Source: Prorocentrum cordatum
Lineage: Eukaryota
Direction of reading: 5' to 3'
Length of the DNA: 54,189 nt
Assembly (NCBI GenBank): GCA_963575745.1
Contig: CAUYUJ010000260.1
Location: 62,001-116,189, forward strand
Made by a program: the position numbers and the translations under genes. This document shows, piece after piece, positions 23,887 through 36,800 of the stretch. The notes under the pieces are model-generated. The model was not told the DNA's origin. It saw only the letters and a program-made list of their open reading frames with translations, and searched no databases. Within the stretch, counting starts at the first letter, position 1; each line of letters starts with the position of its first letter.

Positions 23887-25774
23887 ATTGAACGCCCCTG
23901 AAGGGGGGCAGACACCGCCGCCCAACTTTTTCTGGATGCCTGAGTTTTTCTGCGGTGGTGTCTATAGCGACCCCAGAGGGCCCAGAAAGGCTTGGAGGGC
24001 GGGCTTGGATCCCAGGGAGTGCTGAGGATTATTGCTAAGGTTTAGTGTTCAGGATGTGTGCGTGGACTAGGGTTACGTATTCGTATTAGGGATTTTTGTT
24101 AAGAGTACGTTTTACGGATTATTGTTATGGATGAGCGTTACGTAAGGGCTAGTGTTGCGGATTGGTGCCTCAGTATTTGCGTCTTGGAATCGGGTGAGTT
24201 ATCATTGTGAAAGTATCGTGTTGAGGGTGCGAATCCCTGAGACCGAACCTGCTACAATCCCCTCTGTGGCGTGCTCGTATTACGTGGCGTGAGGCTCGGT
24301 AAGGCTGTGGTTCGGCTGGGCTCAATGTGGACGTCCAGCTCATTGATTCAGCATGGTTGCAGTCCAGGCGCCTTTGGTGAGTGCAGGTACGGCTCAAGGG
24401 GCCAAAAGGGCGCGTAGGGTCCAAAGACCTGAATGTATCCATCAGGGCAGCTCTCGGGCAGTGGTTCTGCTGCCACAGACCGCCGGCAGGCGCAGGAAGT
24501 TTGGGAGGCGTGAAAGAGGATAAGAAGGGCCATGAAAAAACAGGCCAGAGTGGGGGGGGGGGCGGGGGTCGAATACGTCCCCAGAGGGCCTCGAAGACGT
24601 CACCAAACTGGCGTACCACAAGGCGAGAGGGGGAGTCTAAGATAGCTGCTCTTCCACCTCGACGCGGAGTTAGTAGGAGGGGCCAACATGACCCGAAGCA
24701 GGCCACCAGAGGGCCCCGAGAGGCGCCGAACACGGCCCACACAGGGCACCCGAAGGTGTCGAAAACGGCGGAGGAGACTGGAACGCGATACGGAGAGGTG
24801 AGAAGGAGCAGTCCCAGGAGTTCTTGGGGCCTCAGACTTCCCTCCAGGGCCCCCCTGGGCGCTCCCCAGACGGCCCGAAAGGGCGGCCAGACGGCCGAAT
24901 GTGGCCCCGGAGACGTTGAGGACGGCCCAGGAGGCCTTGTAGATGTTCCGACGTGGCCAGAGAGGCCCCTAGAGTGGCGCAAGATGCTGCAAGAGAGCTC
25001 CAGGAGGCGCAAAGAGTAGGCGGAAACGGCCAAACTCATCAAGATCTTTACGGTTTTTGCAGGTTCTTGGCTTCCTCATTTTTGCGCCTGAGCATGCCTA
25101 GAAGAGGTCCTCGGCGGGGTTCGAGACGGCGCCGGGGGATCCGAAAGAGGGGCCAGAGGAACCCGAGAGTGCTCCAAGAGCGTCCGAAGACTGCCCCAGA
25201 GGGCCTCCGGGAGGCGTTCGGAAGTCTCGTGCGAAGGCCTGCTTGAGTTGAGGGCAAAATGGCCTCCAGCGGACGCTTAGTGCGCAGCCTCGACCCCCAG
25301 GCTGGCGGAATGAGCAGGCCTGAGGGGGTTGCCAGGGCTCTGAGGAAAGGAGTTGGTGCGAGGAGTGCGTGGGAGTTCTTGCAGACCATACGGCGGGGAC
25401 TCCACACGCTGTGCCCGGTGGGGCGGCGGATCGCTTCGCTCATTCCGCCAGCCCATATTGCCTCGCCGCTGTCATTTGTTGGGGTGTTGTTGTCAATGCG
25501 GTGCCGATCGTTCGACGTCTCGGAGCCCTCTTGGACCGTCTTGGGCGCCTCTTGAGGTCCTCTTTGATCGCTCTGGGGCGCCTGAAAGCCGCGCCCAGGA
25601 GGAAATCTCTGGCCCGACCCTGCCGTGGACTTGGCCGGGGTACTGAGCGTCGGGGGACCCCTAGGGGCCGCCCCGCGCGCGCGCGAAGTAGCAATACTGT
25701 GAAGCTGTTGCCGGAGATCTTAGCACGCCTCTGACCGCGCCTGGGTGTAGGTCAGAGGCCTCATGGATGTTGAT

Positions 25775-26130
25775 GGGGCTCTCGTGGTTGACCTCTCGGG
25801 GGCTTCTTGGAAGGCAGTCTTGAGGCATCTTGGGGGCCGTGTTGGGGCCTCTTGGGGCCTCTTGGGGGCGGGCATTTTGGGGCTTTTTGGGGTGCCACTC
25901 GGGGGCCCCTTGGGGCCTCCTCTTGGGGCCGTTTTGGGGCCCTCTTGGGCTGTCTTGGGCGCCTCTTGGGCTGTCTTGGTGCCATCTTGGGTCGTCTTGG
26001 GGCACTCTTGGAGGCTTATTGAGCCGTCTTGGGCCGTCTTGGGGTCCTCTTGGGCTCTCTTGGGCCCATCTTGGGGGCGTGTTGGGCCGTCCGTGGAGGC
26101 TGTTTGAGGCCTCTGGGGCAGTTCTGGACG
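25775..26130 (+). repeat. GGGCCTCTTGG-type satellite
   Basis: Seen directly. Confidence 0.8.
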
Positions 26131-27299
26131 ATGTGAACCCCTAAACGTCGCACATGCCAAACATATACGTTATCCGAAGTGAATTGGGCGATGTTTGCTT
26201 GTTGGGGCCCTCTTTGGGAGCCTCTTGAGGCTCTCTTGGGTTTTTTTTCGTGGCCTCTGGGGCCATCTGGCTGGGCCTCTTGGACCGTGTAGGGGGCGCC
26301 CCGGCGCCCTCTTGGCGCGCTCCTGGAGCGCCCTGGGGGGGTCAGCTGGGCATCTCCCGGGCATCGCCCGTCCTTGGTTTCCTCTTGTTTTGCTTCCTTG
26401 GTCTCCCTCCTTGTCTCCCTCCTGGTCTCCCTCCTCTGCTTCCCTCCTTCGTGTCCGTCCTGGTTCCCATCCCTCGTTTCCCTCTCTGGTTTCTCTCCTC
26501 TGTGCCCCTCCGTTGTTTGCCTGCTGGCTTCCCACCTTTGTTTCCCTCCTGGCTCCCCCCCCCTGGTTTCCTCTTAGTTTCCCTCCCGGTGTTCCTCCTG
26601 GTCTCCCTCGTGGTTTCCCTACTGGTTTCTCTCCTTTGTTTCCCTCCTGGTTTCCCTCCTGGCTTCCCTTTTGGGTTTCTCTCCTAGTTTCCTTCCTTGG
26701 TGCCCCTCGAGGTTTTCCTCCCGGTTTCCCTTCTGGCTTCTCTCCTTTTGTCCCTTCCTGGCTTTCCTTCTGGTTTACCTTCCTTGGCTGCCCTCCTTTG
26801 TGTCCCTTATGGCTTCCCTCTCGGTGCCCCTCTTGGTTTATCTCGATTTCCTTCCGTGTTTCCCTCCTTGCTCCCCTCCTGGGTTCTCTCCTGGTATCCC
26901 TTCACGTTTCCCTCCACGTTTCCTTCCACGTTTCCCTCCTGGTTGTGTCCGTCCTGTGCTTCCCTCCTATGTTTTCCTCCTGGTTTCGCTTCTGGTGTCC
27001 CTCCTTGGTTTCTCTCCTTGTTCCCTGGTCGCGGGAAGGAGGAGGAGGAGGAGGAGGAGGAGGAGGAGGAGGAGGAGGCGGAGGAGGAGATGGTGGAAAT
27101 GAGAAGGTGCCCGTTAGGAAGCCCCTTGGAGTATCTCCTGGGGTTCCGAAACGGATCATGTTGGAGATATCTTGGAGGCCTATTGCCTCTGGGACCGTCT
27201 TGTGGCTGTCTTGAGAGGCTCAGGAGCTGAATTCGGCCATCCGTTTTGTTGTCGTCTGTGCTGTTTTGGAAGCCGTCTTGGCCGTCTGGAGGCCGAGAA

Positions 27300-28080
27300 G
27301 ACCGCCAGAGAGCATTTTCAGGGTCCGTGCAGGCACATTGGCGGATAGTGGTACTGGCTGATATGGATGTGCCTTTTGACTCGCGCCTGCCGTCTGTGGG
27401 ATCTGTCCACGCGCCTAGGTGGAGTGTCTGGCCAACGTTTTGCCTTTTGACTCGCGCCTGCAGGCCGATCTGTCCGCGGGATCTGTCCACTGAGGAGGAG
27501 GAGGAGGAGGAGGAGGAGGAGGAGGAGGAGGAGGAGGAGGGCGACGACTAACGAGTCGGAGTAAACAATTCAGGAATCGGTGTCTCGCGCTGTGTGCACT
27601 GGCCGACAAGGTTTTGCAGACCTGTCCGCGGGATCTGGCCACGCCACGCACCTACCTGGAGCGTTTTTTCGTCATGGTTGTGCCTCTTGACTCGCGCCTG
27701 CCAGCCGGTCCGCGGGATTCGAGGGGGAGGAACGGCGGATTCGAGGTTCGAGGTGGTTGGGTGGTTTCTCCAGCCTCAGGAGGTGGTATCGAGATTCCAG
27801 GGGGAGGAACGGCGGGTTCGAGGTTCGAGGTGGTCGGATGGTTTCTCCAGCCTCAGGAGGTGGTGTCGAGATTCGAGGGCAAGGAACGGCGGGTTCAGGA
27901 ATCGGTGCCTCGCGCCAACGCGCGCTTGCATGCCAGAGGATGCTCTGAGTGGGATCTGTCCACGCACCTAGGTGGAGCGCTTTACATGGCACTGGCCGAC
28001 AAGGAGGTGCCTTTTGACTCGCGCCTTCCTGCCAGAGGATGCTGTTCGCGGGATCCCGCACATGGAACCACATTGCCAAT
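27300..28080 (+). repeat. Complex repeat of GCCTTTTGACTCGCGCCTGC / GGGATCTGTCCAC modules with a ~76-bp tandem duplication
   Basis: Modules recur, including at ~29990-30040; tandem units at ~27723-27900. Confidence 0.7.
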
Positions 28081-28257
28081 CGATCGTCGTCATTACCTTT
28101 CCTAGGAGAGCCCTCCCAGCGAGCTTGCATTGAGGGTGCCCCCCCGCCCCAGACCCCAACCCTTTTGACACTGGCGCTGGGCAGCCCCACAAAGGACTGC
28201 GCACCGCAGCAGCATGGAAGAACGGGGGGTGCAGGGGTCTCTGCAGGTGGTCTCCGC

Positions 28258-28420
28258 TCAGGAGGTAAAAAAACACACAGACACGATTCATCGTCGATCC
28301 CCCAGAGAGTATGGGAAAATATGGGAAGTGGGGGGGAAGACAAAAGCCCAGAAAATATGGGAAGATACGGCGAAGCCTTTTATTGGTGTGTATTTATCTG
28401 TGTGTTCTGGGGCCCCTTCA
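28258..28420 (+). mobile_element. Family B copy (163 bp)
   Basis: Perfect TSD TCCGC at 28253-28257 and 28421-28425. Confidence 0.92.
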
Positions 28421-29069
28421 TCCGCGGTGTCCAATCCTTGCAGTGCTCGGTGCGGCGGCGGGGCGAGGCTGGGTCACCGGCCGTTGGCCGGGCCTTCTCG
28501 ACATTGAGGAGGGGCGTCCCGGGGGTCTCAGGCTCCCCTCTTCCCCCCCCCCTTCCTCCTCCCCTCCCTCCTCTTGGACGTACCAGTGATGTACGTAGCG
28601 TTCAATGTTTCCAGCCCAGGCTGCAGGTCTGGAGTCGTCAGTCACAGAGCCACAGCTGCCGCCATCAGCTGCCCAAGCAATCAATCAGGCTTCCATCTCC
28701 CATCCTGCATGCCGTGGCGCCTTTGGGGTCGCCCCCCGCGTTGAACCACTTGCCGCGTCCGTCCTCGGTGGCCCCGACCCCCGCCCCCCAGCCAGCGAGG
28801 CAGCCGACGGGGCGCTGTTGTTGCCATGGACGCTCGCCGATACCCCAGTGCCGGAGTACACGCCTCCCTCATGTAGCGTGCGTGGTGCGCAACCTCAGGC
28901 CTCTGTTGTCGTGGAAGTGGCGCGCACGATTCACCTATTGCGAACGCCGCACGGCCGGTGCCGCCGCCCCTGACGGTGGTGACGATGCCGACAGCGGCGG
29001 CGGCGATGACGACAATGCTGACGTGGGGCAGAGTCCTTCTCAGGGATGTGTCCTGGTGTCTCTTCGGAG

Positions 29070-29550
29070 CGCTCTTGGGGGCCTCTGGGGAGCAATTTTG
29101 GGGAGCCCCTTGGGGGACTCTTGGGGTTTCCCCGGGTCTCTTGGTAGCTTCTTGGCGGCCGAGGGCTCCCAATTTCCATCAGGGTCACCCGTCTGGGCAC
29201 CCTCGTGGAGCCGTCTGAGGATCCTCCAGGCTGCGTGGAGGCCTCTCGGCCCGTTTCGGGGCCCTCTCGGCTCGTTTTGGGGCCTTCTTGGAGGCCTCTT
29301 GGGCCGTCTTGGTGCGATCTTGGGGGCCTCTTGGGCCGCCTTGGAGCGTCGGGAAGCCGAAACAAGGTGAGCACGTAATTCTGGCCTCTTGAAGTTTGCC
29401 TGTTGGGAGTTCCCGTTGAGGCCTCTCGGGGCGTCTTGGAGGCCTCTTGGGCTGTCTGGGAGGCTATCTTGGGCGTCTTGCACCGATTGTTCTGCGATTT
29501 GGAGCCCTCTTGGACCGTCTTGGGGGGTCCTCTTGGACTACTCTTGGCCC
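29070..29550 (+). repeat. GGGCCTCTTGG-type satellite
   Basis: Seen directly. Confidence 0.75.
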
Positions 29551-30141
29551 GACTGTGTGCCTTTCTGTGCCGGGGGGGGATGTAATTCTAATTTGGACCC
29601 CCCCGGCACCCCCACTCAGCTACGACGTTGCTCAATGCCACTTTGGCTGGCGCGCTTGGGGAGGAGTGCCCAGGGAACGAGGGGGAGTAGCGAAGGCGAC
29701 GACCACGACGACGACGAGTCAAACGAAACAGCGTCGAGCACGCGCCGACAGGGCCGGTGGATGTATAACAATGAAAAGGATGCAGAAGAGGAGGCGGAGG
29801 AGGCGGAGGAGGAGGAGGAGGAGGAGGAGGAGGCGGAGGACGACGACGACGAGGACGAGGACCAGGAGGAGGACGATGACAAGGACGAGGACAAGGACGA
29901 GGAGGAGGAGGAGGAGGAGGACGAGGAGGAGGAAGAGGAGGAGGAGGAGGAGGAGGAGGAGAAGGAGGAGTGGGGGAGCAACCTTGGTTTGCCTTTTTAC
30001 TCACGCCTGCTGGCCGATCTGTCCGCGGGATGTGTCCACGGAGGAGGAGGAGGAGGAGGAGGAGGAGGAGGAGGAGGAGGTGGCTGAGGCCAAGGAGAGG
30101 CGGAGGTCGAGAGCGTCTGGCCCCCCCGCTCCCCGCCGCAG

Positions 30142-30210
30142 GTCCTCTTGGCCGCCGTCCGCCTGCGCCGCAACGCCTCCCTCCAGCGGAGACAGAGGCA
30201 GCAGGCGCAG
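30142..30210 (+). CDS. Candidate short exon VLLAAVRLRRNASLQRRQRQQAQ
   Basis: ccgcAG|G acceptor, cAG|GC donor, 69 nt, high GC3. Confidence 0.35.
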
Positions 30211-30250
30211 GCGCGCCGCTCGCGCCGCTCCCGCGCCCTCTGTTGTTTTT

Positions 30251-30468
30251 CAGGCCTCCCATATGGGGTCGGAGCAGATGGGCTCGGAGGATGATCGCCG
30301 CATCGCCAATGCATCGGCGATGCGGCTCAGTGTGGACCCGGATTTCTCCACGCCGACGTCGCCGATGCATCGCCGATGTCCCCGATGCATCGCCGATGCG
30401 TCGCCGACGCATAGGCGATCCAGTGCAAGCCTCCGACCCAATCTACCCGGACTCCATCTGGGAGGCCT
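30251..30468 (+). mobile_element. CATCGCCGATG-rich TIR element (relative of 9991-10400)
   Basis: AGGCCTCCCA...TGGGAGGCCT inverted ends. Confidence 0.7.
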
Positions 30469-30890
30469 CTACGCTCGGAGGACGGGCTCTTGGTTCTTGC
30501 TTTTCTCTGATGGCTCCGTCGGTCGTTGGCTTTTTTTTCTGGCCTCGGGGTGCCTTCCACCAGCTGCACCTCGCCAAAAGCGCCCTGGGGGGCCCGCATG
30601 GTCCCGACTGGCCGCTTCAGGCCCGAGTTATGACCCCCAAACCAAAAACTCCTCGCGTGTCGTCGCGTCGCGGAGAAGTATCGGCGGGAAGGTTTCGACG
30701 GCTGTTGGCCTCCGGGGTGCACATCCGGGGGCGGGCCCCGGAGCCGTCAACGACGACTCGGGGCGAAACACCTCCCATGTAGGGAAGAGGGTCCAGACCC
30801 CTGGGGGTCCACACTGCAAACCCAAATCACAATGTCGCATTTGTCATGTCTCGTTTTGTCGATCGGCGCGGGACCCCACCCCCCCATAGA

Positions 30891-31061
30891 TCGGAGGTTG
30901 ATAGACCTCCTACCCTGACACGTCGATCAGTGAATTGGTCGTTCTCGGTTCGCGAGAGGGCGTCGCGGCCGTCATTTTTGCGGCTCCAGGTCCATCGGTT
31001 TCGGTCCTGGGCCGTTTTCACTAGAGGGTCTTTTGCTAACGGGAAGTTTGTCCACCGCCGA
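30891..31061 (+). mobile_element. MITE family D copy
   Basis: TCGG...CCGA ends; homologous to 7120-7290; TSD not matched. Confidence 0.7.
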
Positions 31062-32260
31062 TTCTGGTGCTGTGGCAGGGAAGAGCTGCTCGCATGACGG
31101 GGTGATCGGAGGGAGGAGGGGAGGAAGAGGCGGAGGAAGACGAGGGAGGAGGAGGCAGAGGAGGAGGAGGAGGAGGAGGAGGAGGAGGAGGAGAGAGGAG
31201 GGGGGCGGGGGAAGAGGAGGAGGAGGAGGAGGATCCACCGCCGAATAGACCTGATCCTGACTGCTCTGGGCGGCTGCTTTTGGCGACCCGTCCGGGCCCG
31301 TGCCCCCCGGTCTGCCTGCGCCACTGGCAGAAGCAAAACGACGAGGCACAGGCCCATGCCCCTCCTCCTCCTCCTCCGCCTCCTCCTCCGCCTCCTCCTC
31401 CTCCTCCTCCGCCTCCTCCCCCGCCTCCTCCTCCTCCTGCTCCTCCTCCTCCTCCTCCTCCTCCGCCTCCTCCTCCTCCTCCTCCCCCTCCTCCTCTTCC
31501 TCCTCCTCCTCCTCCTCCTTCCCCCTCCCTCACCTCCTCCTCCTCTTCATCCTCCTCCTCCTCCTCTTCCTCCCCCCCAGCCTTCGGCCATATGTCGAAA
31601 CCCAGAATTTAAAACATCGGATGCAATTCCTGAGGTCAAATTCTGGCTTTGCCCTGGTCCCAAATCCGCTTTCAACAGTCCCGCTCAATCCGCGGCCTAA
31701 TCCATGGGGTTGAATGCTCCCTAGTCCTTCCGACGAGGACCTCCAGCATGCAGCATCCAGCTTTCCACTTCCACGTCCACTTATCGACCTCCAGCCTCCA
31801 CCAGCTCTACGCTCCGACCTCCACCATCCAGCATCCGACTTTTCACTCCACCTCCACCTGTACCTATCGACCTCCAGCCTCCGCCAGGCCGACACTCCGA
31901 CCTCCAGCATCCAACATCCGACTCTCCGGTCCTACCTCCAGCTGTCGACCCCCAGGCTCCACCAGCTCAACCCTCCGACATCCGGCATCCAGCATCAGAC
32001 TTCCACTCCCACTTACACCTTGTCGATTCCCTGCCACTGCCAGATCAGCATCCCGACCTCCAGCATGCGACTTCTGTCTGGCCACCTCCACCTCCAGCCT
32101 CCACCAGCTCACCAGTCCCACTTCCAGCACCCAGCACCCCGACTTTCCACCTCCACCTCCACTCATCGACCTCCAGCTTCCACCAGCTCAGCACCCTGAC
32201 CTCCAGCACCCGGCATCCGACCTTCCACTCTTCCCTCCACCTATTGACCTCCAGCCCGTA

Positions 32261-32456
32261 TCGGGCCGGGCGAAAGGGGGGGATTGGGAAAGGGGGGGTT
32301 ACGAAATTTGCTGCATGCAGCTGGTTTCGGCCCCACCGAGGGGGCCATTCCTCGATACATAGCCGCCTCCGGCGCCGGGAGGCGCCGGGAAAATCCGCTA
32401 CGTGAGCTGATTCTCAACCCCCCCCTTTGCTATCCCCCCCCTTTCGCCCGACCCGA
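32261..32456 (+). mobile_element. MITE family C (196 bp, TCGGG..CCCGA, 5-bp TSD)
   Basis: TIR TCGGGCCGGGCGAAAGGGGGGGAT; perfect TSD CCGTA at 32256-32260 and 32457-32461. Confidence 0.92.
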
Positions 32457-32695
32457 CCGTACCAGCTCAGCACTCCGACCTCCAGCATCCAGCATCCGAC
32501 GATCCACTTCCACCTCCGACTGCGACCGCCAGCCTCCTCCTCCTCCTCCTCCTCCTCCTCCTCCTCCTTCTCCTCCTCCCAGCCTCCACAAGCTCAGCAT
32601 CCAGACGTTCAGCGCCCGGCGACCGACTCTCCGCTTTTCCCTTCCCAGCCATCGACCTGCAGCCGTGACCAGCTGCACGCTCCGACCTCTATATA

Positions 32696-32860
32696 CACTC
32701 CAGGCGATGCTCAAGAAAGCCCAAGTGTTCGGCCAGAGTCTCGATTATTCTTACTGTTTCCATGTAAGTCCCAACATTTGAATAGACACTCTGGGTTGAC
32801 TTTCAAATTCTGAGACTATGGATTTCTTAACCCACGATCTCTAAAGCCTTTCGCAGGGTG
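32696..32860 (+). mobile_element. Tc1/mariner-type MITE, family T2, copy 2
   Basis: TA|CACTC...GGGTG|TA; TA duplication. Confidence 0.78.
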
Positions 32861-32962
32861 TACAGCATTTGACATTCGACTTCTCTCCTCCGGCTCCACC
32901 TTCGCCTGCCGGCCTCCAGCGTCCACCAGCCTGGCGCTCCCACACGCAGCATCCAGCACCTG

Positions 32963-33169
32963 TCGGGGAAGCGTAAGACCCGGGTTTGCCAGGACTCGGG
33001 TTCGCCATCGTTTTTTTGACGACCGCGATTCGGATTTTGACGAGTAGGAGTTTCGTGGGATGTCTGCAGCGGGAGGCCTCGTCAAAATGCAGGCTCGGCC
33101 TCGTCATTTTTTGGACGACCTCGTCGGGGATTTCCGAGTCCCCCGTACCCGGGTTTTACGTCTCCCCGA
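32963..33169. mobile_element. MITE (207 bp, TCGGGG..CCCCGA, 5-bp TSD)
   Basis: TIR TCGGGGAAGCGTAAGACCCGGG / CCCGGGTTTTACGTCTCCCCGA; TSD ACCTG at 32958-32962 and 33170-33174. Confidence 0.92.
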
Positions 33170-33515
33170 ACCTGGCTTTCCACTCTCACCTCCCACGAAC
33201 GACCTCCAGCCCCCGCCGACCCAGCACTCCGACTTCGGCATCCGGCCTCCCACTCTCCGTTTCCACCTGCACCTGTCGACCTCCCGTGTCCGCCCGCGCA
33301 GAACTCGGCACCCCGACCTCGGCAGACAAGGACCACACGCAGCGAGCTGCAGGCCTCTTGGGGCGTCTCGGAGGCGTCTTGAGCCCTCTGGGGGCCATCC
33401 TGGGCGACTTCGAGCGACCCTTTCGGCAACTCGGGGCCCTCTTGGACCGTTCTGGGGGCTTCCTGGGCCCCCCGCGCAGGCCCTGAAGGGCCCCGCCCCC
33501 GGCGCAACCGCGCGC

Positions 33516-33587
33516 TCGCCTCGCCTCGCCTCGCCTCGCCTCGCCTCGCCTCGCCTCGCCTCGCCTCGCCTCGCCTCGCCTCGCCTC
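33516..33587 (+). repeat. (TCGCC)14 microsatellite
   Basis: Perfect pentamer run. Confidence 0.97.
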
Positions 33588-33736
33588 CCAGCGGTTGCCT
33601 CCTCGAGAATCCGCCCCTCGACGTCGGAGGTCTGGGCCGTTCGGAGGGCACGCGGCGCGACAGGCAGCCTCCAGAGGTCGCCTCGTGGAGGACGATCAAT
33701 GGAGAGGAAACATGTTTTGAACATGTAAAACGTAAT

Positions 33737-33898
33737 TCAGGAGGAAAAGAAACACACAGACACAATTAATCCTCGATTCCCCAGAAAATATAAGAAATAT
33801 GGGAAGTGGGGGGGAAGACAAAAACCCAGAAAATATGAGAAAATATGGGGAATTATTTTATTTGTGTGTATTTATTTGTGTGTCCCAGGGCCCCTTCA
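33737..33898 (+). mobile_element. Family B copy (162 bp)
   Basis: Perfect TSD GTAAT at 33732-33736 and 33899-33903. Confidence 0.92.
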
Positions 33899-34341
33899 GT
33901 AATGTCCAAACATGTTTGAACATTTTCCGACGTTTTCAGCACATAGGACGGTTAGGACTGCTAGGACTGTTAGGGTGCCCACTGTCGTGGCATCCACAGA
34001 GGTCGCCCCTGCCAGCCGAGACGGTACTCCACGCCACGGCGGGTCCGCGCCGCGTCGGCGTGGCGGCCTCATCGCCTGGCGTCGCATGGCGGTGTCGAGC
34101 GAGTTGCGCCGTTTGCAGGCCGCAGCCGCGCCAGGCTGCATTCTCCGCACGGGCGGCGCCGAGCACGAATGGGGTCGTCTGCGCCGGCCTGGGGGCGCGA
34201 GCTGCTCGTGCAAGGTCGCGCGCAAGCGCCCTCTGTCCCAATGTGGCGTGCCGCGCCGGCGGCCCGCGTGAGCCACCGCGTAGGGTCGCGTCATCATCTC
34301 GCGTAAGCCCGGATTTTGATCGTCGCTCACACTGCGTCAGA

Positions 34342-34535
34342 TCGGGGGCGGAAAAGAGGGGGGTGATGACTGGGGGGGGGGTGGATATCATGGCGGGGGC
34401 CATGATTTTTCCCAGATCTCATGGCGCCTCTTCTTACTTCATTACGTCCCTGGCCCCCCCGCTGGGCCGCGCACATGCCGCCGGTCATGATTTGCACCCC
34501 CCCCTCTTGGACACCCCCCTCTTTGCCGCTCCCGA
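34342..34535 (+). mobile_element. MITE family A (194 bp)
   Basis: ~24-bp TIR; TSD TCAGA/CCAGA (4/5). Confidence 0.9.
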
Positions 34536-34719
34536 CCAGAATCCATGGGCGAGGCCAAGGCGTCACGAGCAGGAGAGCGGGCGTGGTTGGTCGTGTGGGC
34601 CCTGCCTCCGCACCCGCCCCTCCGTTGCGAGCGGGGCGCCGGGCAGGCGCCGCAGCCGGCGCAGTCGCCCGAGCAGCCTGCCGCCGCCGCGGAGGAGCGG
34701 GCGGCCGGACCACGGGGCT

Positions 34720-34971
34720 CGAGACGGCGGACGACGTCGGGACGGCGGACGGCGGACGACGGACGACGAGGACGACGACGAGGAGGGCGACGGTCGACGA
34801 CCATTGGCCACGACCAGGGCGGAGGTTGACGGGCGGTCCTGGCGGACAGTGACGACAGACGCGGCGCCGACGCCGTGGTCGTCGTTGTCGCCACCGCCGT
34901 CGTCGGCGTCGTCGTCGCCGCTGCCGTCGTGGTGGTCGTTGTCGTTTTCGCCGTCGTGGTGGATGTCTCAT

Positions 34972-35004
<33 letters not shown>

Positions 35005-35610
35005 GGTCGTCGTCCACTGGCCGTCGCCGCCGTGGCCGTGCGCCGCGTCCACTGGCCGTCGCCGCCGTGGCCGTGCGCCGCCGTGGCCGTGCGCTGTGCC
35101 CGACGCTGCCGACGCTGCCGCCGCCGCCGCCATCGCCGCGCCCGCCGCCGTCGCAGCCGCCGCCGCCGCGCAGTCGTCGCCGGCGGCGTCGGCTGCGGCG
35201 GCCTCCGGCGGCGGCGGCCAAGACGAGGCCGAGCCGCGGCGCGGCAGGAGCCCGAGCTGTGGCCCGCCCTGGAGGAGCCCCCGCGCCCCCTGACCTTCTA
35301 CGGCGCCGTGCTGACGTGCCCCTCCGCCCGTGCTGGCCGGCCACTGCGGCGGTGGGGCTCCGTCGCCGATGCCGCCGACGACGTTGACGACATCGACGAC
35401 GACGACGATGACGACGACGACGGCGACGATGGCGGCGGCGGCGACGACGAAAACGACGGCGACGACGGCGGCGGCGGCGGCAGCGGCGGCGGCGACGACG
35501 ACGACGACGACGGCGAGCGTGGCGACGACAACGACGACGTCGACAGCATCAATCAGAACGACGTCCACGAGGGCAGCGACGACGCCACCACGGCGACGAT
35601 GACGGCGGCC
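34720..35610. repeat. CpG-rich (GAC/GTC/GCC)n low-complexity tract
   Basis: Seen directly; it explains much of the 702-aa ORF. Confidence 0.85.
35248..35315 (+). CDS. Candidate short exon EPELWPALEEPPRPLTFYGAVL
   Basis: gcAG|G acceptor and near-100% GC3 within low-complexity flanks; donor uncertain (GT at 35316). Confidence 0.4.
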
Positions 35611-35879
35611 ACGCCTTCCCCCTTTTCCTTCCCTCCCCCCGCCCACCCTTGGCCTCTCCTCCCCCTCTCTCCAACTCCTCCATTCCATTATCCTCGCCCT
35701 CCTTCTCTTCCCTTTACCTCCTTCTGCAGGTGGGGAAACCGCGACGCGCGCTCCCCCCAAGCCACAAAGTTGGTTCACCTCCTTCGCCTCCGCGCTCGAC
35801 TTCCTCGACCTCCTCTAACTCCTCCCTCCCTTCTCTGCCGTGTCCTGCCCTCGTTCTCAGAACTCGCTTCTCGTTGCAC

Positions 35880-36430
35880 CATGGGACGTGTCGGCAGGGT
35901 TGCCTAGTTGTTTTGCCTCGGACTTCCTCACAGCTCATGTTCCTGAAGATGAACTTCCTCAGTATGTGTGCACGGGTGGAGGGCGGGCAGTCTTCAAATG
36001 TGACAATCGCATCACTTGCGCGCACACTCCTCGTAAAAAATGCAACCACTTCTTAGCGCCGCACACATTCGTCTGACAAGCTTGGAACAGTTCCGTTACA
36101 CCGGCGGAAGGCTGCTTAGTTTCCATTCTAGGACTCTCGCCAGAGATTTTTCGTCAGTTTGCACGACAACGTCTGAGTTGGTGCAGCGGTTGCACGCATG
36201 ATTTCACTTGGCTCCTGCTCAAGATGCCCGGACATGTCTGACACCACCACCTACAACTTCGCAGCAATGGCACGGACGGGGGGAGGTTGTCTCAAGAAGG
36301 TGGGCACTCGCTGGTCTTATGCGTTGCAAGCAACTCATGCATCCTTTTGGAATTCAGTGGCTGGAAGACTGGGCAGTGGATCATGTTCAAAACGGAGTTC
36401 TCGCCCGCATGGCAGGCCCAGGGGGCGCTT
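35880..36430 (+). pseudogene. Possible decayed 3' end of an RTE-like LINE ORF2
   Basis: Lower-GC unique sequence; HGRG..RW..L...FGIQWLEDWAVD resembles the RTE C-terminal RW..L...W...A.D pattern; stops present. Confidence 0.35.
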
Positions 36431-36779
36431 GTCTTTCAACGGGGCTCTTCCGCAGCGAGGCGGCATGCACGTAGGATCTTATGGGGAGGGGTCTTTTGAC
36501 GGGGGGGGTTGTCTTGCAGTACTGTTGATGCATACCGGGTTTACTCAGTTTACTCTTGTCCTCCTCCTTTTCGTTATCATCCGTCCGCCTCCCTCTCACC
36601 TCGCTCGGCGTACTCATCCCTCCGCCCCCGTCCTCCTCCTCCTCCTCCTCCTCCTCCTCCTCATCCTCCTCCTCCTCCTCCTCCCCCCTCTTTCTCCTCT
36701 TTCTCCTCCTCCTCCTCCTACTCCTCCTCCTCCTCCTCCTCCTCCTCCTCCTCCTCCTCCTCCTCCTCCCCCTCCTCCT

Positions 36780-36800
36780 CTCAAGCCGTTTTGGCCCGAG
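36780..36800 (+). other. Relic dinoflagellate spliced leader, tandem type
   Basis: CTCAAG+CCGTTTTGGCCCGAG vs CTCAAG+CCATTTTGGCTCAAG: 18/21 identical, all three differences transitions. It lies immediately upstream of the LINE. Confidence 0.6.

Larger units (their letters stand above)
31735..33320 (+). repeat. CCAGCATCCGAC/TTCCACCTCCAC degenerate satellite hosting three MITE insertions
   Basis: Seen directly; interrupted at 32261, 32696 and 32963. Confidence 0.8.

Noticed and set aside
24020..24180. Interstitial telomeric repeat
   Set aside because: Only isolated TAGGG motifs in degenerate sequence; no tandem TTTAGGG array.
24270..24320. 2A/StopGo-like motif (LRGVRLGKA)
   Set aside because: It lacks the essential NPGP.
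28039..30889. 443-aa and 480-aa ORFs
   Set aside because: They read through MITEs, satellites and (GGA)n; GC-rich chance ORFs.
33799..35907. 702-aa ORF
   Set aside because: It starts inside a family B element, runs through a family A MITE and low-complexity GC triplets, and shows no domain.
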